A stretch of DNA of 64,000 nucleotides, taken from assembly GCA_051362555.1 (NCBI GenBank), contig CM120643.1, positions 5,642,001 through 5,706,000 of the forward strand. The letters run 5' to 3'. The position numbers and the translations under genes were made by a program. This document shows positions 11,601 through 26,600 of the stretch, piece by piece. The DNA is from Lingula anatina (Eukaryota; Animalia; Brachiopoda). How positions within the stretch are numbered: position 1 is the stretch's first letter; each line of letters begins with the position of its first letter. Below the pieces are notes generated by a model, which saw only the letters and a list, made by a program, of their open reading frames with translations, was not told the origin of the DNA and did not search any database.

Positions 11601-14600
11601 AGTTGACTGTGTGTAACCAAAGTGATTCTTTGGAAAAAAGGTCTCAAGATTGTTGAAAGACTGGCAAATCCCATGGATAATAAATAGTTAAACATTTATA
11701 ATTTCGTCAAATCTAATGCAATTTTTTGTGAAATTTGTACATATAAAGGTTAAATACTGTCAAAATCTGAGATAAGCTTATCAGTGTACTGTGTTTGATG
11801 AAAGTGATTTTTGGGGCAATTTATTTGACAAAACTGAAAGTTACATTGAAAACACAGGCAAATTTCAAGGATGAAAATAGTTAAACGTTAATAATTTTGT
11901 CAAATCTATCCAAATTTTCATGAAATTTGTACAAATGATGCTTAACAAGAATAAAAATCTGGGGTGAGGTTATCTGTTGATTGCGTGTAAGGAAAGTGAG
12001 TTTTTGGTCAATATTTTTGAGAAAACTGAAAATTACATAGAAAAGTTAGGCAAATTTCAAGCTTGAAAATAGTTAAACGTTAATAATTTTGTCAAATCTA
12101 CCCAAATTTTTGTGAAATTTCTACAAACAAAGGTTAACTACTGTAAAAATCTGATATAAGCTTATCAGTTGCCTATGTCTGATGAAACTGATTTTTTGGG
12201 CAATATATTTCTGAAAACCGAAAAATGCATTGAAAACACAGGCAAATTTCAAGGTTAAAAATAGTTAAACGTTAATAATTTTGTCAAATCTACCCAAATT
12301 TTCATGAAATTTGTACAAATGATGCTTAACAAGAATAAAAATCTGGGGTGAGGTTATCTGTTGATTGCGTGTAAGGAAAGTTAGTTTTTGGTCAATATAT
12401 TTGAGAAAACTGAAAATTACATAGAAAAGCTAGGCAAATTTCAAGCTTGAAAATAGTTAAATGTTAATAATTTTGTCAAATCTACCCAAATTTTTATGAA
12501 ATTTCTACAAACAAAGGCTAACTACTGTCAAAATCTGATATAAGCTTATCAGTTGCCTTTGTCTGATGAAACTGATTTTTTGGGCAATTTATTTGACAAA
12601 ACTGAAAGTTACATTGAAAACACAGGCAAATTTCAAGCTTGAAAATAGTTAAATGTTAATAATTTTGTAAAATCTACCCAAATTTTTGTGAAATTTCTAC
12701 AAATGAAGGTTAACTCTTGTAAAAATCTGAGATAAGCCTGAAAATTGACTGGGTGTAATGAAAGCGATATTTTTTGCAGAGAATATATTGGAGAAAACTA
12801 AAAAATACATTGGAAAGTTTGGCAAATTTGAAGGATGAAAATAGTTAAACATTAATAATTTTAATAAATCTAGTCCAATTTTGGTGAAATTTCAAAAAGT
12901 GGAGGTTAATTACCGTAAAAATCTGAGATAAGCTTATCAGTAAACTTTGTGGAATGAAAGTGGCTTTTTGGACAATGTATTTGAGAAAACCGAGAAATAC
13001 ATAAAAAAAACTGCAATAACATGGCTGAAAATAGTTAAACGTTTATAATTTTCTCAAATCTGGCCCAATTTTAGTGAAATTTATAATTTGATGATTTGTG
13101 TTTGTGTAAAATGTGGAAAATTACCTAAAATTGTCATATGGAAAACAATAAATACTCTTTTAAGACTTTCAATAACAACCAATACCACCTGCAGATTCTT
13201 CTTTACGATGGGTTTCTGGAATCAGGCTGTTGGTACACCATTTGACAATCATCCTTAATCTTGCCACATATCATATACTGTACACAAGGATGAGATAGAA
13301 CACTGTTCTTGCTGCTGTCTTTCACTGCCTGCTTTTTCTATAGCCATGACTGCACAGGTAGAGTCAGTTCACCAAGGGGCCTCCCCACTGTATTGAAAGG
13401 GTCACCTAGAAAAGGAGACATAAGAATTGATTTGTGATGAGACTAATATTATTTTATGAAAGACAAAAGCCTTACAGATGAGCAGAGCCAAGTTTTAAAA
13501 AAATCTAACTATGGTGTACTATCAAGTGTCCAAACAGATTTGGCAGAGACAAGTGTTGTGGTGAATCACCTGTCACAGGTGGTCACACTTGTTTCTGCCC
13601 AGACTAGGTACATTTATACTTTTATAATAAAAATAAATAAAGTTATAAAATTCTAACTTGGTCAAAGCAACTAAATTTTTATTCTAACTTATAGAAATTA
13701 AGTTAATTGACTGTAATTTTCTGAAATAATCCTAACAGTTGACTGTGTGTAACCAAAGTGATTCTTTGGAAAAAAGATCTCAAGACTGTTGAAAGACTGA
13801 CAAATCCCATGGATAATAAATAGTTAAACATTTATAATTTCGTCAAATCTAATGCAATTTTTTGTGAAATTTGTACATATAAAGGTTTACTACTGTCAAA
13901 ATCTTATATAAGCTTATTAGTTGCCTATGTCTGATGAAACTGATTTTTTGGGCAATTTATTTGACAAAACTGAAAGTTACATTGAAAACACAGGCAAATT
14001 TCAAGGTTAAAAATAGTTAAACGTTAATAATTTTGTCAAATCTATCCAAATTTTCATGAAATTTGAACAAATGATGCTTAACAAGAATAAAAATCTGGGG
14101 TGAGGTTATCTGTTGATTGCGTGTAAGGAAAGTGAGTTTTTGGTCAATATATTTGAGAAAACTGAAAATTACATAGAAAAGTTAGGCAAATTTCAAGCTT
14201 GAAAATAGTTAAACGTTAACAATTTTGTCAAATCTATCCACATTTTTGTGAAATTTCTACAAACAAAGGTTAACTACTGTAAAAATCTCATATAAGCTTA
14301 TCAGTTGCCTATGTCTGATGAAACTGATTTTTTGGGCAATATATTTCTGAAAACCGAAAAATACATTGAAAACACAGGCAAATTTCAAGGTTAAAAATAG
14401 TTAAACGTTAATAATTTTGTCAAATCTACCCAAATTTTCATGAAATTTGTACAAATGATGCTTAACAAGAATAAAAATGTGGGGTGAGGTTATCTGTTGA
14501 TTGCGTGTATGGAAAGTGAGTTTTTGGTCAATATATTTGAGAAAACTGAAAATTACATAGAAAAGTTAGGCAAATTTCAAGCTTGAAAATAGTTAAATGT

Positions 14601-17600
14601 TAATAATTTTGTCAAATCTACCCAAATTTTTGTAAAATTTCTACAAACAAAGGTTAACTACTGTAAAAATCTGATATAAGCTTATTAGTTGCCTATGTCT
14701 GATGAAACTGATTTTTTGGGCAATTTATTTGACAAAACTGAAAGTTACATTGAAAACACAGGCAAATTTCAAGGTTAAAAATAGTTAAACGTTAATAATT
14801 TTGTCAAATCTATCCAAATTTTCATGAAATTTGAACAAATGATGCTTAACAAGAATAAAAATCTGGGGTGAGGTTATCTGTTGATTGCGTGTAAGGAAAG
14901 TGAGTTTTTGGTCAATATATTTGAGAAAACTGAAAATTACATAGAAAAGTTAGGCAAATTTCAAGCTTGAAAATAGTTAAACGTTAACAATTTTGTCAAA
15001 TCTATACAATTTTTGTGAAATTTCTACAAACAAAGGTTAACTACTGTAAAAATCTGATATAAGCTTATCAGTTGCCTATGTCTGATGAAACTGATTTTTT
15101 GGGCAATATATTTCTGAAAACCGAAAAATACATTGAAAACACAGGCAAATTTCAAGGTTAAAAATAGTTAAACGTTAATAATTTTGTCAAATCTACCCAA
15201 ATTTTCATGAAATTTGTACAAATGATGCTTAACAAGAATAAAAATCTGGGGTGAGGTTATCTGTTGATTGCGTGTAAGGAAAGTGAGTTTTTGGTCAATA
15301 TATTTGAGAAAACTGAAAATTACATAGAAAAGCTAGGCAAATTTCAAGCTTGAAAATAGTTAAATGTTAATAATTTTGTCAAATCTACCCAAATTTTTGT
15401 GAAATTTCTACAAACAAAGGCTAACTACTGTCAAAATCTGATATAAGCTTATCAGTTGCCTTTGTCTGATGAAACTGATTTTTTGGGCAATTTATTTGAC
15501 AAAACTGAAAGTTACATTGAAAACACAGGCAAATTTCAAGCTTGAAAATAGTTAAATGTTAATAATTTTGTCAAATCTACCCAAATTTTTGTGAAATTTC
15601 TACAAATGAAGGTTAACTACTGTAAAAATCTGAGATAAGCCTGAAAATTGACTGGGTGTAATGAAAGCGATATTTTTTGCAGAGAATATATTGGAGAAAA
15701 CAAAAAAATACATTGGAAAGTTTGGCAAATTTGAAGGATGAAAATAGTTAAACATTAATAATTTTAATAAATCTAGTCCAATTTAGGTGAAATTTCAAAA
15801 AGTGGAGGTTAATTACTGTAAAAATCTGAGATAAGCTTATCAGTTAACTTTGTGTGATGAAAGTGGCTTTTTGGACAATGTATTTGAGAAAACCGAGAAA
15901 TACATCAAAAAAACTGCAATAACATGGCTGAAAATAGTTAAACGTTTATAATTTTCTCAAATCTGGCCCAATTTTAGTGAAATTTATAATTTGATGATTT
16001 GTGTTTGTGGAAAATTACCTAAAATTGTCATATGGAAAACAATAAATACTCTTTTAAGACTTTCAATAACAACCAATACCACCTGCAGATTCTTCTTTAC
16101 AATGAGTTTCTGGAATCAGGCTGTTGGTACACCATTTGACAATCATCCTTAATCTTGCCACATATCATATACTGTACACAAGGATGAGATAGAACACTGT
16201 TCTTGCTGCTGTCTTTCACTGCCTGCTTTTTCTATAGGCATGACTGCACAGGTAGAGTCAGTTCACCAAGGGGCCTCCCCACTGTATTGAAAGGGTCACC
16301 TAGAAAAGGAGACATAAGAATTGATTTGTGATGAGACTAATATTATTTTATGAAAGACAAAAGCCTTACAGATGAGCAGAGCCAAGTTTTAAAAAAATCT
16401 AACTATGGTGTACTATCAAGTGTCCAAACAGATTTGGCAGAGACAAGTGTTGTGGTGAATCACCTGTCACAGGTGGTCACACTTGTTTCTGCCCAGACTA
16501 GGTACATTTATACTTTTATAATAAAAATAAATAAAGTTATAAAATTCTAACTTGGTCAAAGCAACTAAATTTTTATTCTAATTTATAGAAATTAAGTTAA
16601 TTGACTGTAATTTTCTGAAATAATCCTAACAGTTGACTGTGTGTAACCAAAGTGATTCTTTGGAAAAAAGATCTCAAGACTGTTGAAAGACTGGCAAATC
16701 CCATGGATAATAAATAGTTAAACATTTATAATTTCGTCAAATCTATCCACATTTTTGTGAAATTTCTACAAACAAAGGTTAACTACTGTAAAAATCTGAT
16801 ATAAGCTTATCAGTTGCCTATGTCTGATGAAACTGATTTTTTGGGCAATATATTTCTGAAAACCGAAAAATGCATTGAAAACACAGGCAAATTTCAAGAT
16901 TAAAAATAGTTAAACGTTAATAATTTTGTCAAATCTACCCAAATTTTCATGAAATTTGTACAAATGATGCTTAACAAGAATAAAAATCTGGGGTGAGGTT
17001 ATCTGTTGATTGCGTGTAAGGAAAGTGAGTTTTTGGTCAATATATTTGAGAAAACTGAAAATTACATAGAAAAGCTAGGCAAATTTCAAGCTTGAAAATA
17101 GTTAAATGTTAATAATTTTGTCAAATCTACCCAAATTTTTGTGAAATTTCTACAAACAAAGGCTAACTACTGTCAAAATCTGATATAAGCTTATCAGTTG
17201 CCTTTGTCTGATGAAACTGATTTTTTGGGCAATTTATTTGACAAAACTGAAAGTTACATTGAAAACACAGGCAAATTTCAAGCTTGAAAATAGTTAAATG
17301 TTAATAATTTTGTCAAATCTACCCAAATTTTTGTGAAATTTCTACAAATGAAGGTTAACTACTGTAAAAATCTGAGATAAGCCTGAAAATTGACTGGGTG
17401 TAATGAAAGCGATATTTTTTGCAGAGAATATATTGGAGAAAACAAAAAAATACATTGGAAAGTTTGGCAAATTTGAAGGATGAAAATAGTTAAACATTAA
17501 TAATTTTAATAAATCTAGTCCAATTTAGGTGAAATTTCAAAAAGTGGAGGTTAATTACTGTAAAAATCTGAGATAAGCTTATCAGTTAACTTTGTGTGAT

Positions 17601-20600
17601 GAAAGTGGCTTTTTGGACAATGTATTTGAGAAAACCGAGAAATACATCAAAAAAACTGCAATAACATGGCTGAAAATAGTTAAACGTTTATAATTTTCTC
17701 AAATCTGGCCCAATTTTAGTGAAATTTATAATTTGATGATTTGTGTTTGTGGAAAATGTGGAAAATTACCTAAAATTGTCATATGGAAAACAATAAATAC
17801 TCTTTTAAGACTTTCAATAACAACCAATACCACCTGCAGATTCTTCTTTACAATGAGTTTCTGGAATCAGGCTGTTGGTACACCATTTGACAATCATCCT
17901 TAATCTTGCCACATATCATATACTGTACACAAGGATGAGATAGAACACTGTTCTTGCTGCTGTCTTTCACTGCCTGCTTTTTCTATAGCCATGACTGCAC
18001 AGGTAGAGTCAGTTCACCAAGGGGCCTCCCCACTGTATTGAAAGGGTCACCTAGAAAAGGAGACATAAGAATTGATTTGTGATGAGACTAATATTATTTT
18101 ATGAAAGACAAAAGCCTTACAGATGAGCAGAGCCAAGTTTTAAAAAAATCTAACTATGGTGTACTATCAAGTGTCCAAACAGATTTGGCAGAGACAAGTG
18201 TTGTGGTGAATCACCTGTCACAGGTGGTCACACTTGTTTCTGCCCAGACTAGGTACATTTATAATTTTATAATAAAAATAAATAAAGTTATAAAATTCTA
18301 ACTTGGTCAAAGCAACTAAATTTTTATTCTAATTTATAGAAATTAAGTTAATTGACTGTAATTTTCTGAAATAATCCTAACAGTTGACTGTGTGTAACCA
18401 AAGTGATTCTTTGGAAAAAAGATCTCAAGACTGTTGAAAGACTGGCAAATCCCATGGATAATAAATAGTTAAACATTTATAATTTCGTCAAATCTAATGC
18501 AATTTTTTGTGAAATTTGTACATATAAAGGTTAAATACTGTCAAAATCTGAGATAAGCTTATCAGTGTACTGTGTTTGATGAAAGTGATTTTTGGGGCAA
18601 TTTATTTGACAAAACTGAAAGTTACATTGAAAACACAGGCAAATTTCAAGGATGAAAATAGTTAAACGTTAATAATTTTGTCAAATCTACCCAAATTTTC
18701 ATGAAATTTGTACAAATGATGCTTAACAAGAATGAAAATCTGGGGTGAGGTTATCTGTTGATTGCGTGTAAGGAAAGTGAGTTTTTGGTCAATATATTTG
18801 AGAAAACTGAAAATTACATAGAAAAGTTAGGCAAATTTCAAGCTTGAAAATAGTTAAATGTTAATAATTTTGTCAAATCTACCCAAATTTTTGTGCAATT
18901 TCTACAAACAAAGGTTAACTACTGTCAAAATCTGATATAAGCTTATCAGTTGCCTATGTCTGATGAAAGTGATTTTTGGGGTAATTTATTTGACAAAACT
19001 GAAAGTTACATTGAAAACACAGGCAAATTTCAAGGTTAAAAATAGTTAAACGTTAATAATTTTGTCAAATCTACCCAAATTTTCATGGAATTTGTACAAA
19101 TGATGCTTAACAAGAATAAAAATCTGGGGTGAGGTTATCTGTTGATTGCGTGTATGGAAAGTGAGTTTTTGGTCAATATATTTGAGAAAACTGAAAATTA
19201 CATAGAAAAGTTAGGCAAATTTCAAGCTTGAAAATAGTTAAATGTTAATAATTTTGTCAAATCTACCCAAATTTTTGTAAAATTTCTACAAACAAAGGTT
19301 AACTTCTGTCAAAATCTGATATAAGCTTATTAGTTGCCTATGTCTGATGAAACTGATTTTTTGGGCAATATATTTCTGAAAACCGAAAAATACATTGAAA
19401 ACACAGGCAAATTTCAAGGTTAAAAATAGTTAAACGTTAATAATTTTGTCAAATCTACCCAAATTTTCATGAAATTTGTACAAATGATGCTTAACAAGAA
19501 TGAAAATCTGGGGTGAGGTTATCTGTTGATTGCGTGTAAGGAAAGTGAGTTTTTGGTCAATATATTTGAGAAAACTGAAAATTACATAGAAAAGTTAGGC
19601 AAATTTCAAGCTTGAAAATAGTTAAATGTTAATAATTTTGTCAAATCTACCCAAATTTTTGTGCAATTTCTACAAACAAAGGTTAACTACTGTCAAAATC
19701 TGATATAAGCTTATCAGTTGCCTATGTCTGATGAAACTGATTTTTTGGGCAATTTATTTGACAAAACTGAAAGTTACATTGAAAACACAGGCAAATTTCA
19801 AGGTTAAAAATAGTTAAACGTTAATAATTTTGTCAAATCTATCCAAATTTTCATGAAATTTGAACAAATGATGCTTAACAAGAATAAAAATCTGGGGTGA
19901 GGTTATCTGTTGATTGCGTGTAAGGAAAGTGAGTTTTTGGTCAATATATTTGAGAAAACTGAAAATTACATAGAAAAGTTAGGCAAATTTCAAGCTTGAA
20001 AATAGTTAAACGTTAACAATTTTGTCAAATCTATCCACATTTTTGTGAAATTTCTACAAACAAAGGTTAACTACTGTCAAAATCTGATATAAGCTTATCA
20101 GTTGCCTATGTCTGATGACACTGATTTTTTGGGCAATATATTTCTGAAAACCGAAAAATACATTGAAAACACAGGCAAATTTCAAGGTTAAAAATAGTTA
20201 AACGTTAATAATTTTGTCAAATCTACCCAAATTTTCATGAAATTTGTACAAATGATGCTTAACAAGAATAAAAATCTGGGGTGAGGTTATCTGTTGATTG
20301 CGTGTAAGGAAAGTGAGTTTTTGGTCAATATATTTGAGAAAACTGAAAATTACATAGAAAAGTTAGGCAAATTTCAAGCTTGAAAATAGTTAAATGTTAA
20401 TAATTTTGTCAAATCTACCCAAATTTTTGTAAAATTTCTACAAACAAAGGTTAACTACTGTCAAAATCTGATATAAGCTTATCAGTTGCCTATGTCTGAT
20501 GAAACTGATTTTTTGGGCAATTTATTTGACAAAACTGAAAGTTACATTGAAAACACAGGCAAATTTCAAGGATGAAAATAGTTAAACGTTAATAATTTTG

Positions 20601-23600
20601 TCAAATCTACCCAAATTTTCATGAAATTTGTACAAATGATGCTTAACAAGAATGAAAATCTGGGGTGAGGTTATCTGTTGATTGCGTGTAAGGAAAGTGA
20701 GTTTTTGGTCAATATATTTGAGAAAACTGAAAATTACATAGAAAAGTTAGGCAAATTTCAAGCTTGAAAATAGTTAAATGTTAATAATTTTGTCAAATCT
20801 ACCCAAATTTTTGTGCAATTTCTACAAACAAAGGTTAACTACTGTCAAAATCTGATATAAGCTTATCAGTTGCCTATGTCTGATGAAACTGATTTTTTGG
20901 GCAATTTATTTGACAAAACTGAAAGTTACATTGAAAACACAGGCAAATTTCAAGGTTAAAAATAGTTAAACGTTAATAATTTTGTCAAATCTATCCAAAT
21001 TTTCATGAAATTTGAACAAATGATGCTTAACAAGAATAAAAATCTGGGGTGAGGTTATCTGTTGATTGCGTGTAAGGAAAGTGAGTTTTTGGTCAATATA
21101 TTTGAGAAAACTGAAAATTACATAGAAAAGTTAGGCAAATTTCAAGCTTGAAAATAGTTAAACGTTAACAATTTTGTCAAATCTATCCACATTTTTGTGA
21201 AATTTCTACAAACAAAGGTTAACTACTGTCAAAATCTGATATAAGCTTATCAGTTGCCTATGTCTGATGACACTGATTTTTTGGGCAATATATTTCTGAA
21301 AACCGAAAAATACATTGAAAACACAGGCAAATTTCAAGGTTAAAAATAGTTAAACGTTAATAATTTTGTCAAATCTACCCAAATTTTCATGAAATTTGTA
21401 CAAATGATGCTTAACAAGAATAAAAATCTGGGGTGAGGTTATCTGTTGATTGCGTGTAAGGAAAGTGAGTTTTTGGTCAATATATTTGAGAAAACTGAAA
21501 ATTACATAGAAAAGTTAGGCAAATTTCAAGCTTGAAAATAGTTAAATGTTAATAATTTTGTCAAATCTACCCAAATTTTTGTAAAATTTCTACAAACAAA
21601 GGTTAACTACTGTCAAAATCTGATATAAGCTTATCAGTTGCCTATGTCTGATGAAACTGATTTTTTGGGCAATTTATTTGACAAAACTGAAAGTTACATT
21701 GAAAACACAGGCAAATTTCAAGGATGAAAATAGTTAAACGTTAATAATTTTGTCAAATCTATCCAAAATTTTGTGAAATTTCTACAAATGAAGGTTAACT
21801 ACTGTAAAAATCTGAGATAAGCCTGAAAATTGACTGGGTGTAATGAAAGTGATATTTTTTGCAGAGAATATATTGGAGAAAACCAAAAAATACATTGGAA
21901 AGTTTGGCAAATTTGAAGGATGATAATTTTAATAAATCTAGTCCAATTTTGGTGAAATTTCAAAAAGTGGAAGTTAATTACTGTAAAAATCTGAGATAAG
22001 CTTATCAGTTAACTTTGTGTGATGAAAGTGGCTTTTTGGACAATGTATTTGAGAAAACCGAGAAATACATCAAAAAAACTGCAATAACATGGCTGAAAAT
22101 AGTTAAACGTTTATAATTTTCTCAAATCTGGCCCAATTTTAGTGAAATTTATAATTTGATGATTTGTGTTTGTGTAAAATGTGGAAAATTACCTAAAATT
22201 GTCATATGGAAAACAATAAATACTCTTTTAAGACTTTCAATAACAACCAATACCACCTGCAGATTCTTCTTTACAATGAGTTTGTGGAATCAGGCTGTTG
22301 GTACACCATTTGACAATCATCCTTAATCTTGCCACATATCATATACTGTACACAAGGATGAGATAGAACAATTTCGTCAAATCTAATGCAATTTTTTGTG
22401 AAATTTGTACATATAAAGGTTAAATACTGTCAAAATCTGAGATAAGCTTATCAGTGTACTGTGTTTGATGAAAGTGATTTTTGGGGCAATTTATTTGACA
22501 AAACTGAAAGTTACATTGAAAACACAGGCAAATTTCAAGGATGAAAATAGTTAAACGTTAATAATTTTGTCAAATCTACCCAAATTTTCATGAAATTTGT
22601 ACAAATGATGCTTAACAAGAATGAAAATCTGGGGTGAGGTTATCTGTTGATTGCGTGTAAGGAAAGTGAGTTTTTGGTCAATATATTTGAGAAAACTGAA
22701 AATTACATAGAAAAGTTAGGCAAATTTCAAGCTTGAAAATAGTTAAATGTTAATAATTTTGTCAAATCTACCCAAATTTTTGTGCAATTTCTACAAACAA
22801 AGGTTAACTACTGTCAAAATCTGATATAAGCTTATCAGTTGCCTATGTCTGATGAAACTGATTTTTTGGGCAATTTATTTGACAAAACTGAAAGTTACAT
22901 TGAAAACACAGGCAAATTTCAAGGTTAAAAATAGTTAAACGTTAATAATTTTGTCAAATCTACCCAAATTTTCATGAAATTTGTACAAATGATGCTTAAC
23001 AAGAATGAAAATCTGGGGTGAGGTTATCTGTTGATTGCGTGTAAGGAAAGTGAGTTTTTGGTCAATATATTTGAGAAAACTGAAAATTACATAGAAAAGT
23101 TAGGCAAATTTCAAGCTTGAAAATAGTTAAATGTTAATAATTTTGTCAAATCTACCCAAATTTTTGTGCAATTTCTACAAACAAAGGTTAACTACTGTCA
23201 AAATCTGATATAAGCTTATCAGTTGCCTATGTCTGATGAAACTGATTTTTTGGGCAATTTATTTGACAAAACTGAAAGTTACATTGAAAACACAGGCAAA
23301 TTTCAAGGTTAAAAATAGTTAAACGTTAATAATTTTGTCAAATCTATCCAAATTTTCATGAAATTTGAACAAATGATGCTTAACAAGAATAAAAATCTGG
23401 GGTGAGGTTATCTGTTGATTGCGTGTAAGGAAAGTGAGTTTTTGGTCAATATATTTGAGAAAACTGAAAATTACATAGAAAAGTTAGGCAAATTTCAAGC
23501 TTGAAAATAGTTAAACGTTAACAATTTTGTCAAATCTATCCACATTTTTGTGAAATTTCTACAAACAAAGGTTAACTACTGTCAAAATCTGATATAAGCT

Positions 23601-26600
23601 TATCAGTTGCCTATGTCTGATGACACTGATTTTTTGGGCAATATATTTCTGAAAACCGAAAAATACATTGAAAACACAGGCAAATTTCAAGGTTAAAAAT
23701 AGTTAAACGTTAATAATTTTGTCAAATCTACCCAAATTTTCATGAAATTTGTACAAATGATGCTTAACAAGAATAAAAATCTGGGGTGAGGTTATCTGTT
23801 GATTGCGTGTAAGGAAAGTGAGTTTTTGGTCAATATATTTGAGAAAACTGAAAATTACATAGAAAAGTTAGGCAAATTTCAAGCTTGAAAATAGTTAAAT
23901 GTTAATAATTTTGTCAAATCTACCCAAATTTTTGTAAAATTTCTACAAACAAAGGTTAACTACTGTCAAAATCTGATATAAGCTTATCAGTTGCCTATGT
24001 CTGATGAAACTGATTTTTTGGGCAATTTATTTGACAAAACTGAAAGTTACATTGAAAACACAGGCAAATTTCAAGGATGAAAATAGTTAAACGTTAATAA
24101 TTTTGTCAAATCTATCCAAAATTTTGTGAAATTTCTACAAATGAAGGTTAACTACTGTAAAAATCTGAGATAAGCCTGAAAATTGACTGGGTGTAATGAA
24201 AGTGATATTTTTTGCAGAGAATATATTGGAGAAAACCAAAAAATACATTGGAAAGTTTGGCAAATTTGAAGGATGATAATTTTAATAAATCTAGTCCAAT
24301 TTTGGTGAAATTTCAAAAAGTGGAAGTTAATTACTGTAAAAATCTGAGATAAGCTTATCAGTTAACTTTGTGTGATGAAAGTGGCTTTTTGGACAATGTA
24401 TTTGAGAAAACCGAGAAATACATCAAAAAAACTGCAATAACATGGCTGAAAATAGTTAAACGTTTATAATTTTCTCAAATCTGGCCCAATTTTAGTGAAA
24501 TTTATAATTTGATGATTTGTGTTTGTGTAAAATGTGGAAAATTACCTAAAATTGTCATATGGAAAACAATAAATACTCTTTTAAGACTTTCAATAACAAC
24601 CAATACCACCTGCAGATTCTTCTTTACAATGAGTTTGTGGAATCAGGCTGTTGGTACACCATTTGACAATCATCCTTAATCTTGCCACATATCATATACT
24701 GTACACAAGGATGAGATAGAACAATTTCGTCAAATCTAATGCAATTTTTTGTGAAATTTGTACATATAAAGGTTAAATACTGTCAAAATCTGAGATAAGC
24801 TTATCAGTGTACTGTGTTTGATGAAAGTGATTTTTGGGGCAATTTATTTGACAAAACTGAAAGTTACATTGAAAACACAGGCAAATTTCAAGGATGAAAA
24901 TAGTTAAACGTTAATAATTTTGTCAAATCTACCCAAATTTTCATGAAATTTGTACAAATGATGCTTAACAAGAATGAAAATCTGGGGTGAGGTTATCTGT
25001 TGATTGCGTGTAAGGAAAGTGAGTTTTTGGTCAATATATTTGAGAAAACTGAAAATTACATAGAAAAGTTAGGCAAATTTCAAGCTTGAAAATAGTTAAA
25101 TGTTAATAATTTTGTCAAATCTACCCAAATTTTTGTGCAATTTCTACAAACAAAGGTTAACTACTGTCAAAATCTGATATAAGCTTATCAGTTGCCTATG
25201 TCTGATGAAACTGATTTTTTGGGCAATTTATTTGACAAAACTGAAAGTTACATTGAAAACACAGGCAAATTTCAAGGTTAAAAATAGTTAAACGTTAATA
25301 ATTTTGTCAAATCTACCCAAATTTTCATGAAATTTGTACAAATGATGCTTAACAAGAATGAAAATCTGGGGTGAGGTTATCTGTTGATTGCGTGTAAGGA
25401 AAGTGAGTTTTTGGTCAATATATTTGAGAAAACTGAAAATTGTTGAAAATAGAAAAGTTAGGCAAATTTCAAGCTTGAAAATAGTTAAATGTTAATAATT
25501 TTGTCAAATCTACCCAAATTTTTGTGCAATTTCTACAAACAAAGGTTAACTACTGTCAAAATCTGATATAAGCTTATCAGTTGCCTATGTCTGATGAAAC
25601 TGATTTTTTGGGCAATTTATTTGACAAAACTGAAAGTTACATTGAAAACACAGGCAAATTTCAAGGTTAAAAATAGTTAAACGTTAATAATTTTGTCAAA
25701 TCTATCCAAATTTTCATGAAATTTGAACAAATGATGCTTAACAAGAATAAAAATCTGGGGTGAGGTTATCTGTTGATTGCGTGTAAGGAAAGTGAGTTTT
25801 TGGTCAATATATTTGAGAAAACTGAAAATTACATAGAAAAGTTAGGCAAATTTCAAGCTTGAAAATAGTTAAACGTTAACAATTTTGTCAAATCTACCCA
25901 AATTTTTGTGCAATTTCTACAAACAAAGGTTAACTACTGTCAAAATCTGATATAAGCTTATCAGTTGCCTATGTCTGATGAAACTGATTTTTTGGGCAAT
26001 TTATTTGACAAAACTGAAAGTTACATTGAAAACACAGGCAAATTTCAAGGTTAAAAATAGTTAAACGTTAATAATTTTGTCAAATCTATCCAAATTTTCA
26101 TGAAATTTGAACAAATGATGCTTAACAAGAATGAAAATCTGGGGTGAGGTTATCTGTTGATTGCGTGTAAGGAAAGTGAGTTTTTGGTCAATATATTTGA
26201 GAAAACTGAAAATTACATAGAAAAGTTAGGCAAATTTCAAGCTTGAAAATAGTTAAATGTTAATAATTTTGTCAAATCTACCCAAATTTTTGTGCAATTT
26301 CTACAAACAAAGGTTAACTACTGTCAAAATCTGATATAAGCTTATCAGTTGCCTATGTCTGATGAAACTGATTTTTTGGGCAATTTATTTGACAAAACTG
26401 AAAGTTACATTGAAAACACAGGCAAATTTCAAGGTTAAAAATAGTTAAACGTTAATAATTTTGTCAAATCTACCCAAATTTTCATGAAATTTGTACAAAT
26501 GATGCTTAACAAGAATAAAAATCTGGGGTGAGGTTATCTGTTGATTGCGTGTATGGAAAGTGAGTTTTTGGTCAATATATTTGAGAAAACTGAAAATTAC